Shown here in pieces: positions 37,080 to 49,799 of a stretch of 64,000 nucleotides of DNA. The stretch is from Chiloscyllium plagiosum. Taxonomy: Eukaryota. Where the stretch lies: NCBI RefSeq assembly GCF_004010195.1, contig NC_057754.1, positions 13,522,506-13,586,505 of the forward strand, in the 5' to 3' direction. The notes below the pieces were generated by a model, which saw only the letters and a list, made by a program, of their open reading frames with translations, made no database searches and was not told the origin of the DNA. A program made the position numbers and the translations under genes. Numbering within the stretch: position 1 is the stretch's first letter; each line of letters begins with the position of its first letter.

Positions 37080-40000
37080 CGATACTACAGCTCTCTCCCT
37101 ATCCCTATATTTTCCAGAAATCCTTATTTATATTCAGCGCCTTGGTTTCCACAGCCTGATCTGGGAAAGAGTACCCCTGGTTCGCCAGTCTCTGAGTGCA
37201 GACATTTATTCTCATCTCAATGCAAAGTGGTCCTCTATGCCTCATACTGTGGCCTCTTGTTTTAGACGTCCAAGCCAGGGAATTACCATCCCTGCCTCCA
37301 ATCTATCTCGTCTTGTCAGAATTTTACATATTTCACTGTGATCACCACTCATTTTCCTAACGGCATATAATAAAGCCCAGTTGCCTCAAACTCTGCTCCA
37401 ACAACAAGCCTGTTATCCCAGAGATCAGTCTGGTCATCCTTCACTGCTCTCCATCAATGTCAGGTTTGTCCTTTATTGGGTAAGGAGACCAAAACTGCAC
37501 ACAATACTGTACAATGTTCGAGACGGGGTCTCACTAAGGCCCTGTAAGATACTCTTACTCCTGTACTCAATTCCCCTGAAATGAATGTGAATACACCATT
37601 TATCTGCCTACCTGCTTTCTGCTCCTGCAATATTGCTTTCACTGACTGGTGTACAGGAAGATCCAGATTCATTTCAATGTTACAATTCCCCACTTGGTTG
37701 GTCTATATACACTGGTCAGCGTGCCAATGCCATTCCCAGTATTGACTTCTGACTTCAGAACTCACTGCCATACATGTACCTAGAGGGTTGCGCAGAAATA
37801 AACAAAAATGCAGCTTAAGTTCCTTTATAGAGCAACATTTTTCTACCAATCCCTTTTCAAATGAGAGGTTACCATTTTATTGTTCCCATCAAAGTACACA
37901 ACATCTCATCTGCCATTGCTCTCCATCTGCCACGTATTTTCTCAGTAATTTCACTTGTCTCAGTCACTTTGGAGCTTTTTTACATCCTCCTCACCCACTC
38001 ACATGCTGACATCGTTTAGTGCTGGCAGCAGACTTGGGAATATTGCATTTGAGCCCCTCAACCAAATATATGATGGGTATTGGGAATAGCTGGGGCCCAA
38101 GCCACCATCCATTCTATATCCTCCTAGCCTTCCATCTAAAAAAAAACGTTGTTTTATTCTTACTCAGTGATTCCTGCCAGATCTCCCATTCTAAAACCAT
38201 GACCATATATTAGCCCAAGTCCCATAGGATTCGAATTTGCACAATAGGCTTAGGGCTTTATCAAAAATCTTTCTGAGATTCCAATCGTATTTCATTGATA
38301 GCTTCTCCATAAATTTGCTAAAAGCCACTTTCTCAAATATGATTCCCATTTCATAAATCTCTGTTGACTTTGTCTATGCCCATTAATTTCAGTCCGATAC
38401 TTTCTCTAAACTGTTTAGTTGCTAATTTCATTCTATTTCCTTTTTCTCAGCAGACTAAAACTCCCTATTATTGCTCGGAAGTTTTCTTTTTTGTTTTGAT
38501 TTCCACTTTGAAGGCATAACTGAAACATTTGCTCCATAGTTCTGCTATTTCCCGGTCCTCAATTATCTGGCATCAAACTGTAAGAAAGTTGCACATTTCT
38601 TTCCCTTAATTTTGCCATTGACATATTTTCTCAAAATATCACAAATTTTGTCTTATAACCTTTGTTAAGGCATTCTTCAGAAACCTATCAATTCCTATTT
38701 TATGGTACTCAGAGATTGGCCTTCCATAGCCAAACAATCACAGAAGGAAAAACTGTGTACTATCAGAAATACAGCATGGTCTACAGTAGGCCAATTTTCC
38801 GACACAATACCCGTAGCCGTTAATCTTAAGGCATTTCAAGTGCACAACCGTGTATTTTCTAATGATTTTGAGATTGCCATGACAACTCCCCTCTTAAGAG
38901 GTGCATTTCAGACCCCAACACACTCTGGGTGAAAAGCAATCTTCAAATCCTCACTAACCTGCAAACCCTTCACTTTAAAAGTGTGCCCCTTTGACTAAAA
39001 GGAACAGATGGTATCCATCCACCCTGACCATGCTCCTCGTAATCCTATCCTTCTGAATCACGTCCCCCTCAGCCTCCTCTCCTCCAAACTAAACAATCCA
39101 AGCTTATCCAGCCTCTCTCCATAGCTGATATTCTCCATCCCAGGAAACATCCTGGTGAATCTCCTCTGCACCCTCTCCAGTGCAATCAATTCCTTCCTGT
39201 AATATTGTTCCCAGAACTGCACATAGTATTCCATCTTGGCCTCACCAAAGTTCCGCATAGCTCGTATAATCTATGCCTCAATGAATCAAGGTTATGTTTC
39301 CAGTCCCCTATTTTTCCAAATTGTGTATTAACCTGTCCAGTCGCATTCAGCGATGTGTGGAGAAGCACCCTCTGAGCTTCCTAGTGTGCTGCCATTCATT
39401 GAGTCAGCTCCTGTCTAGTTCCTTCTTCCAAGGTGTATCACTTCATATTTAACAGGGGTACATTCCATCTGCCATTGATCTTCCCAGCTGACCATTCCAT
39501 CTGTATCTTCCCATTCCTTAAGGCCTTCCTCCTCACTGCCAACCAACCGGCCAATCTGCGTGTCAAACACAAACTTACTTATCACACTCCCCACCCCTCG
39601 TCCATATTCCCAGCGACATCATTTATGATTACCACAAATATTAAAGTTGAAAATCATACAACATCAGGTTAGATTCCAACAGGTTTATTCGGCGGCACTA
39701 GCTTTCGAAGCACTACTTCTTCATCAGATGATTGTGCGCTTTGATGAAGAAGCAGCATTTCGAAAGCTAGTGCCGCCGAATAAACCTGTCGGATTCTAAC
39801 CTGGTATAATGCAATTTACAGCATTGTCCACCCAGTCCAACACCAACACTTCCAAATCACAAATAATAAGGGGCTCAGCACTGATCCCCATTGGACACTG
39901 GCCTCCAGTCACACAGCAGCCGTCGACCACCACCTTCTGTCTCCTACCACAAAAGTTAATTTGGATGCAACTTGACAAGTCACTAATGAGTCCGACCTGT

Positions 40001-41540
40001 TCCCTGGTCATTCTGTTCCGCTGGACACACTTGTAGAATATCTGGTAATTCTCCCTAATCTTGCCCAGCCAGCAGGTTTCCATGCCCCTGTGTTAGTTAG
40101 TCCCCTATGCGTGCAGAATTTCCTCCTTATTGCAGCCTTAAATGGTCTGCCCTTTATCCTGCTGTTATTTGCCTTGAATGTGGATTAGAAAGCCGGAGAA
40201 ACATCCTCTTAATTTCAAACTTGTCACATGTTTTGTGAATTTTATAAATTTCACAGTGACCATCTCTCATTCTTTGAAACTCGAGAGAACACGGGCCGAG
40301 TTTCCTCATCACGCAATCTCGCCAACTGAGGATTCATCTAGAGAATGTCCATTGAACTTCCTCTGTGGTCAGTATATTCTTTCCCAGAGTTGGTCACCAA
40401 AACTGTACTCAATATTCAAGGTACAGTACTCACCAACACGCTGTTAAACGGCTTCAACATGTCTTTACATCGATATTGTGACTCACTTAAAGGAAGGCTA
40501 TCCAAACTTTACATTATCACTTGCATATATTCCTCCAAATACCCTTCACTTTCATTGCATTTACGAACTCATTGTGTGAGTTCTTATAGAAAGCCTTCTG
40601 ATAATCTAAAATATGCCAATTCTACTGGTTCCCCATTATCTATGCTGTAAGAATCAACTTCAAACAATTCCAAAGCTTGTCAAGTATGATTTCCCTTTCA
40701 GACATGCATACTGATTCTCTCCAATGTTGCTGTTAATTTCTAAATAACGAATATCACATCCTATTTAATAGATTCCAACAGTTTCCCCACAAATGTCAAG
40801 TTAATTGGTCTCCAAACTATCTCTTCTTCCCTTTGCAGATGCTTGGATCCCTACCGTTCATCTATCGTGCTTGGATCATGTTTACTAATGCCCATTTATC
40901 TACAACGGCTTCCAGACTATGCAGAATGCATTGGGTAATAGAACACAGTCATCGACAGTGCAATTAATACTTCTTTTAGTGGTTTATTTCTGAAGATTTT
41001 GGTGTGAAGTACATCTGGTTTGTCAAGGTTGCAATGCTCAATCCATCTGTATGTTCAAATAAGCCTTGTTACTGATATAAATTGACTTTATGTCTTTCGA
41101 TCCTCAAGTCCTATATGATCACTTCGTATTTCTGGGTGATTTTCTGGATCTTCCTCCATGAAGCCAGATGCAAAGTCACTGGTTATTTGCTTGACCATTT
41201 CCCTGCTATCCACAATAAACTCGTCTCTCCTGATTGCAGATTTCCACATTTGACTATGCTTTTTTTTCCTTTGAAATATAGATCATAGATTCATGCAGTC
41301 TTTGTGTTCCTGTTTGTTTCCATGCATGCTCGCTTTTTGATTTCCTTACCAGTTTCATGGCACTTCTTTTCTGGATCGTAAATTTCTGAGAATTCTCAGG
41401 ATTCCACAGTGTCTGGAATTCGTCTGAAGTCATTTCCTGTGATTAGTATAATCTTTAATTTATTATGCTAATCATTGTTAACTCACTTTCTCACTCTTGG
41501 GTGTTTTACCTGAAATAAGTAGACATATCTTTCAGACTTT
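37080..41540 (-). mobile_element. Stack of decayed CR1 fragments
   Basis: YRALVRPRLEHC (37460-37693); MEYYVQFW...LERVQRRFTRMFPG...LGLFSLEERRLRG (39058-39258); RT region remnants at 40540-40800. Confidence 0.8.
39645..39857. mobile_element. Second palindromic Penelope-derived mini-element with ~12-bp TSD
   Basis: Inverted arms about 39665-39726 and 39742-39803; TSD cacaaatattaa (39633-39644) vs cacaaataataa (39858-39869); minus strand reads CUGAUGA-AGAAG uagug CUUC-GAAAG CUA. Confidence 0.8.
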
Positions 41541-41554
41541 GCACTGTTTCTATA

Positions 41555-43145
41555 AATCTCCTGGTCCTGACCAGATATATTAAGGAACACTGCAGGAGGA
41601 CAGAGAAGAAATAGTGGGGGCCCTGGTTGGAACTTTTGTATCATCGGTAGCCAACGGGTGAGGTCCCGGAGGACTGGAGGGTCGCGAATGCTGTGCCCTT
41701 ATTCAAGAAGAGCTACAAAGAAAAACCTGGGAACTATAGACCAGTAAACCTTATATCTCTAGTAGGTAAGTTACTTGAAAAGATTCTGAGAGAGACGGTC
41801 TACATGCATTTGGAAAAGCAGGGTGTGATTATGAGCAGTCAGTACGGCTTTGTGCATGGGGGATCATGGCTCACAAATTTGTTAGAGTGTTTTGATTAAA
41901 TGACCAGTAACTTTGACGGGGACATGGTGGTATGGTCTATATGGATTTCACTAAGGCCTTCAGTAAGGTTTCACATGGTATGCTGCTCTGTTAGTTTAGA
42001 TCACATTGAATTGAGAGGGAGCTGGCAAATTAGATCCAAAATTTGCTTGATGGTAGGAAACACAGGGTAATAGTGGAAGGGTGCCTGTTGGCTTGGAGGC
42101 CTGTGACGAGTGGAATGCCTCCGGGGTCGGTTCTGGGACCATTACTGTTTATTTTATGCATGTATATAATATATATTTACATATTACACATATCTATGAT
42201 TTAAATGAGAATGTACAGGTATGATTTGTAAGTTTCAAGGTGACACTAAAATAGGTGGTATCGTCGACAATGAGTAAAATTATCAGAAATTTCAGAAATT
42301 ATACCAGTACATCAGATGGGGAACTGGGCCGAGAAATGGCAAATGGAGTTTAATACAGATAAGTGTAAGTTCTTCCATTTTAGAAAGTCAAATCAAGGTA
42401 GGAGTTTCATGGTGAATGGCAGGGTCTTAAGGAGTGTAGTGGAAAAAAAGGGACCTTGGAATTCAGGAGCACGTTTCTCTGAAAGTGGAGTTACAGGTAG
42501 ACAGGACACTGGCCTTCATCAGTCAGAGCAATGAGTATCGAAATTAGGGAGTTATGTTGCAGTTATACAGGATGCTGGTGAGGCCATACTGGTTGAGTTA
42601 TGTTCAGGGTTGTTCACTTTACTATAGGAAGGATGTTATTAAATAGGAAATAGCGTAGAAGCAATTTTCAAGGATGTTGCCCGGACACAATGGTCTGAGT
42701 GATAGGGAGAGATTGGACAAGCTAGGAGTTTGTACTTTAGAGTGTGTGAGACTGAGGGGGAACTGATAGAAATGTATAAGATCATGGGAAGCATGGATAG
42801 AGTGAATGCACTCAGTCTTTTTCCCCCAGGATTGGGCAACCACGGACTAGGGGGAATCAATTTAAGATCCGGAGGAAAAGAGTAAAAGGGAACATGAGGG
42901 GCAATTTCTTTTACGCACAGGGTGGTATGCACATGGAATGAGCAGCCGGCAGAAGTTGTTGAGGCGGTTACATTCACAAAATTTAAAATGCATTTGGACA
43001 AATACACGGATAGGAAAGAATAAGAAGGATAAGAAGGATACGGGGCAAGGGCAGGGAAATGAGACTAGTGTGAATGGACATTTTGTTCGGAATGGACCAG
43101 TTTGGGCTGAATGGCCTTTCTCCGTGCTGTCGGACTCTATGACTC
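41555..43145 (+). mobile_element. CR1 LINE RT region through 3' tail
   Basis: PLFKKSYKEKPGNYRPVNLISLVGKLLE...SQYGF; WQMEFNTDKC; tail gggctgaatggcctttctccgtgctgtcggactctatgactc. Confidence 0.92.
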
Positions 43146-43534
43146 TCACAGTCATTGCTTCTCCCACTGAATGTTATATTGTAATTCCCCAATTCACTGG
43201 AGCGTACTTGACCCTCGAGCCTCCGGGCTTCCATGATGTTTGACCAGAATGTTCAAACATTCGATATTGTTTTCAGACGCCGTGTAAAATGCAACATATT
43301 AATGTCACTATTCCTCCAAAGCTGCTTCAGAGCAAGGTTAGTAACTAGTCCACCTGACAACACAACACCAAATCTGACATAACCTGCTCTCTAGTTTGGT
43401 TCACAACATACTCTTCAACCTAACTGATATACACTTATGGACCTTATTCTTCACATCATTAGTAGTCATTAGTTAATGCAGTTTCGGTGCAACTTGAGAC
43501 CATCCATTATTACTGCAGCACCCACGATTACTTG

Positions 43535-43876
43535 TTACTCATTCACAGGATGAGGGCGTCGCTGGATAACCAGTATTTATTGCCCTTGCCTGAGGGCAGT
43601 TAAGAGTCAACAGCATTGCCTTGAATCTGGAGTCACATGTAGGCCAGACCAGGTAAGGACAGTAGTATCCTTCCCTCAAGGACATCAGTGAACCAGATGA
43701 GTTTTTCCAACAATCGACAATGGATTCCTGGTCATCATAAACCCTTGATTCCAGATTCTTATTGAATTCACATTCCACCATCTGCCATGATAGGATTTGA
43801 ATTCATGCCCCCAGAATATTAGCTGGGTCTCTGGGTTAAGAGGCTAGCAATAATATCACTATGTCATTGCTTCCCC
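43535..43876 (-). mobile_element. tRNA-headed SINE-like element
   Basis: Reverse complement begins ggggaagcaatgacatagtgatattattgctag...gaattcaaatcct (decayed A/B-box-like); related sequence at 35790-36070. Confidence 0.6.
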
Positions 43877-44009
43877 ATGTGTACACTTGCATACTTAATT
43901 TCCAGAGCATATGATGCAAAATACTTGCGTGACAGTTTTTGTTTAGATATATAGCACACCAATGTTTGCTTCACCTTGCTATTTGTAAGATCCACCCAAA
44001 CTGATTCTG

Positions 44010-44625
44010 TGGGATGCGAGGGACAAGGTCTGTGGCGTTATCAGCGATAGATTTGGGCAAGACGTTCAGGGAGCCTCACCTCAACGCTGAGATGATCTGA
44101 AGAATTGGTCAACAATTTCCCCGACTTTGCCAGGATAAGTGCCATCATATTCTTCTGATCCTTCACATTCACTTTATATCTGTTGTAGCACCTACCCTCG
44201 AACAAGGTTCACACTCTGTCTCCAAATAAGGCTCAAGCACGACCACACTCACTGTCCAATTCAGCACCTTCCCTCCCTCATTTTTTGTGTCACTGGCACA
44301 ATAGCCCTGCACACTAATATCACTGCATGAATACAACATTGTGGACAGGCTCCCTCCGGACGCCTCACCCTTCCCCCTTCACCTATATCAGCATTAACAG
44401 CAGGGACACTCACTCCCACCCTCACTCCGTCCCTCCTCTTCTCCCATTCCAGGAAATACAGCCTGGAAAAGGGCATAAAGGGCCAAGCCAGGTGTTAGAG
44501 TGCCCGATATCCGTTCTCTCATCCTCTACCTCGACATGTAGGGAAGGTTCTGGAAAGAGCCGGAAAGGACGAGGATGCCTTGTGTAGAGATTCTGAAACA
44601 TCCACGTCGCACTAACCAAGTAAGC
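44010..44625 (+). pseudogene. Two-exon Myb/SANT-like remnant, probably Harbinger accessory ORF
   Basis: Exon ends LVNNFPDFAR then ataagt (mutated GT donor, 44135); acceptor ctcccattccAG at 44451-44452; exon 44453-44619 reads GVRVPDIRSL...KVLERAGKDEDALCRDSE across frameshifts; donor gtaagc at 44620. Confidence 0.5.
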
Positions 44626-44699
44626 ATCAATGTTCAGTAAAAAGCAATTCTCAACTTAAACTCACTGGCAGTTCCAATCTTGTCTCTCATTCGAAAAAG

Positions 44700-44975
44700 A
44701 GCAGATACCCCATTGCACAGAGATACAGGCATTGAATTACACAGAAGTATTGGTAAATACACCAATATACTAACAAGCACAATGCATACAAGGGGATAAG
44801 CATACACACACATAGAAGCACACAAATACATATACAGTGACACACAAATAGACGTAAACACAGATAGAAAGTCTGATACACAGATAGACAGACATAGTCA
44901 CACAAATACACAGATAACCATCACATGGGCACATACACATATACCTACACACAGAGACACAGACATTTAGACACA
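44700..44975. repeat. Decayed (CA)/(ACAG/ATAC) low-complexity repeat
   Basis: acacagatagacagacatagtcacacaaatacacag-type runs. Confidence 0.8.
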
Positions 44976-45363
44976 AATAAAAAAGTTTTTTTGTATAAGG
45001 AGATCAAGGATTCTCGGGAGAAGGTAAGAGAATGATGTTGAGGAACATATAAGAAATTAGAGAATGGCATATCAGACTCGATGGGCTGAATGGCCTAATT
45101 CTGCTCCTTTTATAATATTCGCGTGGTGCTATACTATCAGGCATTCTCTTCCTGAGACAGCGGCAGTGGCTGGGTTTGATACATATTTGATTGGAAAGGC
45201 TGATCGGGATTGTGGGACAGAGTTGGTGGGCGGAATGGTTTATGTCTATTCCTAGTTATTTTATCCTTATATTTAAAAAGGGGCAGTGATTTGATGTGAG
45301 GTTAACACAGTTTTAAAATAATGGGTCCCACAATGAAATAAGTATGTCCCTTCCTTTTAGTGT

Positions 45364-45670
45364 TAGACAATAGACAATAGACAATAGGTGCAGGAGTAGG
45401 CCATTCATCCCTTCGAGCCTGCACCGCCATTCAATATAATCATGGCTGATCATTCCTAATCAGTATCCTGTTCCTGCCTTATCTCCATAACCCTCGATTC
45501 CACTATCTTTGAGAGCTCTATCCAACTCTTTCTTAAATGAATCCAGAGACTGGGCCTCCACTGCCCTCTGGGGCAGAGCATTCACACAGCCACCACTCTC
45601 TGGGTGAACAAGTTTCTCCTCATCTCTGTCCTAAATAGTCTACCCCGTATTTTTAAGCTGTGTCCTCTGG
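45364..45670 (-). mobile_element. Young-looking 5'-truncated CR1 3' end with (TTGTCTA)n tail
   Basis: tagacaatagacaatagacaatag followed by a clean 3' UTR gtgcaggagtaggccattc...cttcgagcctgcaccgccattc. Confidence 0.88.
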
Positions 45671-46072
45671 AGGTCTACAGCACAGAAAAAGGTCCTTTGG
45701 TCCATCGAATCTGCACTGGTCAGAAACAACTCCCTAATTATTCCAATCCTGTTTCTCAGCTGTTAGCCCATTACATTGCTTGCCTTGGTATCGCGAGTGC
45801 ATATCTAAATACTTCTTCAATGTTATGACTGTTTCTGCCTCCACCACCGTTACTGGCAGTGAGTTCCAGATTCCCAGCACCTTCTGAGTGATAAAGATTT
45901 TCCTCGCATCCCCTCTAAACATTCAGTCCCTTGCCTTACGTCCAAGCCCCTGCTCAATGATCCCTTCACCAAAAGGGAAAATTGCTTCCTATCTATGCCC
46001 CTCATGATCTTATACATCTCATTCATGCTCCCCCCAGTCTCCTCCATTCTAAGGAAAACATCCCCAGTCTGT
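45670..46072 (-). mobile_element. Older CR1 3' fragment
   Basis: ITQKVLGIWNSLPVTVVEAETVITLKKYLD. Confidence 0.85.
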
Positions 46073-46074
46073 GC

Positions 46075-46330
46075 TGCTGGTTGTGGCTCAGTGGGGTACA
46101 CTCTTGCCTTTGACTTTGAAGATTTGAATCATATTCCAGAGATTTGACCCCAAAGTCTAGGCTGACACTTTTAGCAGGGGACTGGGAAATCTTGGAGGAC
46201 ATTTGGATGAGACCTTATATTGATGCCCTTTCAGGTAGGCATCAAGGATCCTGCAGCCATTATTTCAAAGAGGAGTTCTCCCTGGCAAATGTTAATCCTT
46301 CAACCAATCCCTAGGAGCAGATCACATGAT
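46075..46330 (+). mobile_element. Deu-domain SINE (SacSINE1/DeuSINE-like)
   Basis: A box gtggctcagtgg; Deu-like core ttggatgagacc...tcaggtaggcatcaaggatcc...tatttcaaagaggagttctccctggc...atccttcaacc. Confidence 0.65.
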
Positions 46331-47059
46331 GTAAGACAGCAGGAATAGGAGCAGGAGAGGCCAGTTGGTCATTCCTAGCCCTGATTCCTCATGCTAGTTC
46401 ATTTTGAATTCTGGACAGGGTCAACAGCACGTTTGAGGCTGTTCAGCCCTTCAAGTTTGCTCTACTATTCCACAGAATCGTGCTTGATTGTCTACACCCA
46501 AACTACGTTCTTACACCACCCCATACACTTTACAATCTGGTTTGTGGGCACTTATCTGGACCTTGACAGAGCTCTCATCTCCATAGATATGCCATGGGGC
46601 TCAACCTCAGTGAATCTACCTTTCCAGCTTTGGCTTCCAGCCCAAGATCCTTATTACACCTGACTTGCTGTAGACAGTTTTGCTCTCGCTTAGTCAGAAT
46701 CACTCATGTTAACTCATATTTGCATCATTTTTAGGAGTGGCAGGGCTGTTGACATTGCCATCACCATCCATTAAAACGCGTCATTCTGCATTAATCATTA
46801 CATATTTGTTTTTAAAACCCACATGCAATCTTATGCAAGCTAAACCAGGTAATAAAGTCAGTGCTGAAAATATCGCCTGCACTGGATTTCATTATGCTGT
46901 GCGTCTCATTATGCACTGCCACACATCAAGATAATGGAACTTAACCCCAGGGGCTCTTAATATCAAACCAATAAATTATTAACCCTTCAGTGTTTGCAGC
47001 ATCGTGTTCCCCACTCTCATATAGCATTGTGCCCCATAAACATTCTCAGACAAACAACA

Positions 47060-47425
47060 AGTTAAGTTAAGAGGAGAGATTATATAAATTAGGTCTGTTT
47101 TCTCTAGGATTTATAAGGTTAAGGTTGAAGTCCTCAAGATGTTAATAGGAAAGGAAAGGAAAGATAAAAATAAACTATTTACATTGGTTGAACTGGGGGG
47201 TATAGTCTGAGAAATAAAACCAGACTGTTCAGTAGAGATGTTAGGAAGCACTTCTACACACAAAGGATGGTAGATGCTTGGACTCTCTTCCACAAATAGC
47301 AGTGGATGCAGAATTAGTTGTTAGTTTTAAATCTGAGGTAAGCAATATTTTATTAACCAACTATATTAAGGGTGGGTATGTGGAGTTCGGCTTGAAGGGC
47401 TGAATGGCCGCCGTCTGTTTCTAAG
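47060..47425 (+). mobile_element. CR1 3' fragment
   Basis: FYTQRMVDAWTL; tail gcttgaagggctgaatggcc. Confidence 0.75.
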
Positions 47426-47539
47426 TTACAATCATGTGGGCCAAACTGCAGTTATTTTTAAGATATTAATACTTTAGAGGGCCAGTTGGCCATCTATGAA
47501 ATATGGCTCATCCCCATTCCAGAGATTGTAGAATTCCGG

Positions 47540-47753
47540 AGTTGAGAGTGTGGTGCTGGAAAAGCACAGCATCTGAGAAGCAGGAGAGTCGATGTTTCGG
47601 GGCAAAACCCTTCATCAAGAATGAGGCTGTGGAATCATGGGCATTTTCTCAGGACCAAGTTGACCCTTATCTGTTGGCTGCATTTTACATGGTTGTGGAT
47701 TAGCGGAAGGCGGAAAGGGGTGGGGAGGGAAATATATCCCTGGTGGTGGGGTC
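47540..47753 (-). mobile_element. Penelope-like fragment (pLTR and linker), cut by gap
   Basis: DPTTRDIFPSPPLSAFR matches 63345-63400; pLTR with decayed hammerhead (ttgatgaagggttttgccccgaaacatc). Confidence 0.85.
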
Positions 47754-47942
47754 NNNNNNNNNNNNNNNNNNNNNNNNNNNNNNNNNNNNNNNNNNNNNNN
47801 NNNNNNNNNNNNNNNNNNNNNNNNNNNNNNNNNNNNNNNNNNNNNNNNNNNNNNNNNNNNNNNNNNNNNNNNNNNNNNNNNNNNNNNNNNNNNNNNNNNN
47901 NNNNNNNNNNNNNNNNNNNNNNNNNNNNNNNNNNNNNNNNNN
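47754..47942. other. Assembly gap (189 N)
   Basis: Run of N. Confidence 1.
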
Positions 47943-49240
47943 TTGCACAATACCAGATCCAGAATTGCCTTCTCCCTGGTCGGCTCCAGCACCAGCTGCT
48001 CTAAGAATCCATCTCTGTGGCACTCCACAAAGTCTCTTTCTTGAGGTCCAATACCATCCTGATTCTCCCAGTCTACCTGCATGTTGAAATCCCCCATAAC
48101 AACTGTAGTAACATCTTTGTGACAGGCCAATTTCAGCTCCTGATTTAACTTACATCCGACATCCAGACTACTGTTTGGGGGCCTGTAGATGACTCCCAAG
48201 AGAGTCTTTTTACCCTTAGTGTTTCGAAGCTAACACTAAGCTTCACACTGACTCTACATCCCTTGACTCTAGGTCCCCCCGCGCAAGGGACTGAATATCG
48301 TCCCTTACCAACAAGGCCACCCCACCCCCTCTGCCTGTCAGTCTGTCCTTACGATAGCACGTGTATCCTTGAATATTCATTTCCCAGGCCCTGTCCACTT
48401 GAAGCCACGTCTCAGTTATCCCCACAATATCGTATCTGCCAATTTCCAAAAGAGCCTCAAGCTCGTCCATCTTATGTTTAATGCTTCGTGCATTCATGTA
48501 TAGTATTTTTAATTTGTTACTGCTCTCACCCTTCCCATCAACCCTTATTTCACTCAACCTTACAGCATGATGCCTTTCCGAGTTTTCTGCCTCATTAATA
48601 CAGTTGTCTTTCTTGACTTCTCTTGTTCTAACTTTCCCTTTAATTTCCTTTTTAAACATCCAGCTTGTCCCCTCCCCCCCGCTACTTAGTTTAAATGCAG
48701 CTGTGTTGCAGTAGAAAACCTGCCTGCCAGAATTCTGGTCCCTAACCTATTTAGGTGCAAGCCGTCTCTCTTGTAGAATTTATGTTTACCACAAAATATA
48801 CCCCAGTGATTCAAGAACTTAAATCCTTGCTTCCTGCACCAGTTCCCCAACCACACGTTCAAGTCCATTATCTCCCTGTTTCTGGCCACACTAGCCCGAG
48901 GAACTGGAAGCAAACCGGAGATAACCACCTTGGACGTCCTGCTTTTCAGCCTTCTTCCTAGTTCTCTGAAGTCTCGCTGTAGTATGTTCCTCCTCTTCTT
49001 CCTGACATCATTTGTGCCGACATGTACCACCACCTCTGGCTCTTCACCCTCATCCTTGAGGATTTCCTGCACTTTGTCCGCGATGTCTTTCACTCTAGCA
49101 CCAGGAAAGCAACACACCATCCTTAAATCCCGTCTGCTGCAACAAAAACCCCGGTCAGTTCCTTTCACGATGGAGTCCCCTATTACCACGGCTCTGTGCG
49201 ATGTCTGACTCTTCCGCTCTGCCTCTGCGGCAACCTTTTA
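47943..49240 (-). mobile_element. Well-preserved CR1 segment: ORF1 SGNH esterase domain plus ORF2 APE endonuclease
   Basis: 48686-49189 VIGDSIV...PGARV...VHVGTND...DGLHLN; 48243-48659 YMNARSI...GITETWL...GGGVAL; then GVIYRPPN...MGDFN...PTREKAILDLVL. A single disruption at about 48225-48245. Confidence 0.95.
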
Positions 49241-49439
49241 TTGACTTTTGTTGCGCTATCTGTGGTGTCCTCATCCTCAGGGAGCAGTGAAGACTCGGTT
49301 ATTGAAGATATTCAAGGCTGAGCTCGACTGATCTTTGCTGGACAGGAGAGTCAATGTTTATTGGGAACAGACAGGAGACGGATGGTCAGACACAAGCGGA
49401 TGAGCTGTGAGCATTCTGAATGGTGACGCCGACTGGTCA

Positions 49440-49622
49440 ACTGCTGCCCCTACCCTATGTGTTGTTCCCTCAATCCACCCCTCGATGCTGTTACAGAGAT
49501 ATACTGCTGTCCCTACCCCTTGTGTTTTCGCTCAATCCACACGCGAGGCTGTTACAGAGATATACTGCTAACCCGGCCCCTTGTGTTTTCCCTCAACCCA
49601 CCCCTCAATGCGATTACAGGAC
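49440..49622. repeat. ~61-bp tandem repeat, 3 units
   Basis: actgctgcccctaccctatgtgttgttccctcaatccacccctcgatgctgttacagagatat repeated three times with divergence. Confidence 0.85.
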
Positions 49623-49799
49623 AGAGTTCCATCCCATTCACCCAGACTGGATCGTTACAATGAGATGGGAGGAGACCATTCTGGCCCTCGATGGAGTTAT
49701 ACAGGAATATAGAAGGAAGTAATTTAGCTCTTTGAGTACATTACACATCCCAGGAAAAGGCCATTTAAACTGCTTGAACTGCTGCACAGGAACAGGGAT

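Noticed and set aside
48686..49189. Host SGNH/GDSL esterase gene
   Set aside because: It abuts a CR1 endonuclease ORF on the same strand, as expected for the CR1 ORF1 esterase domain.
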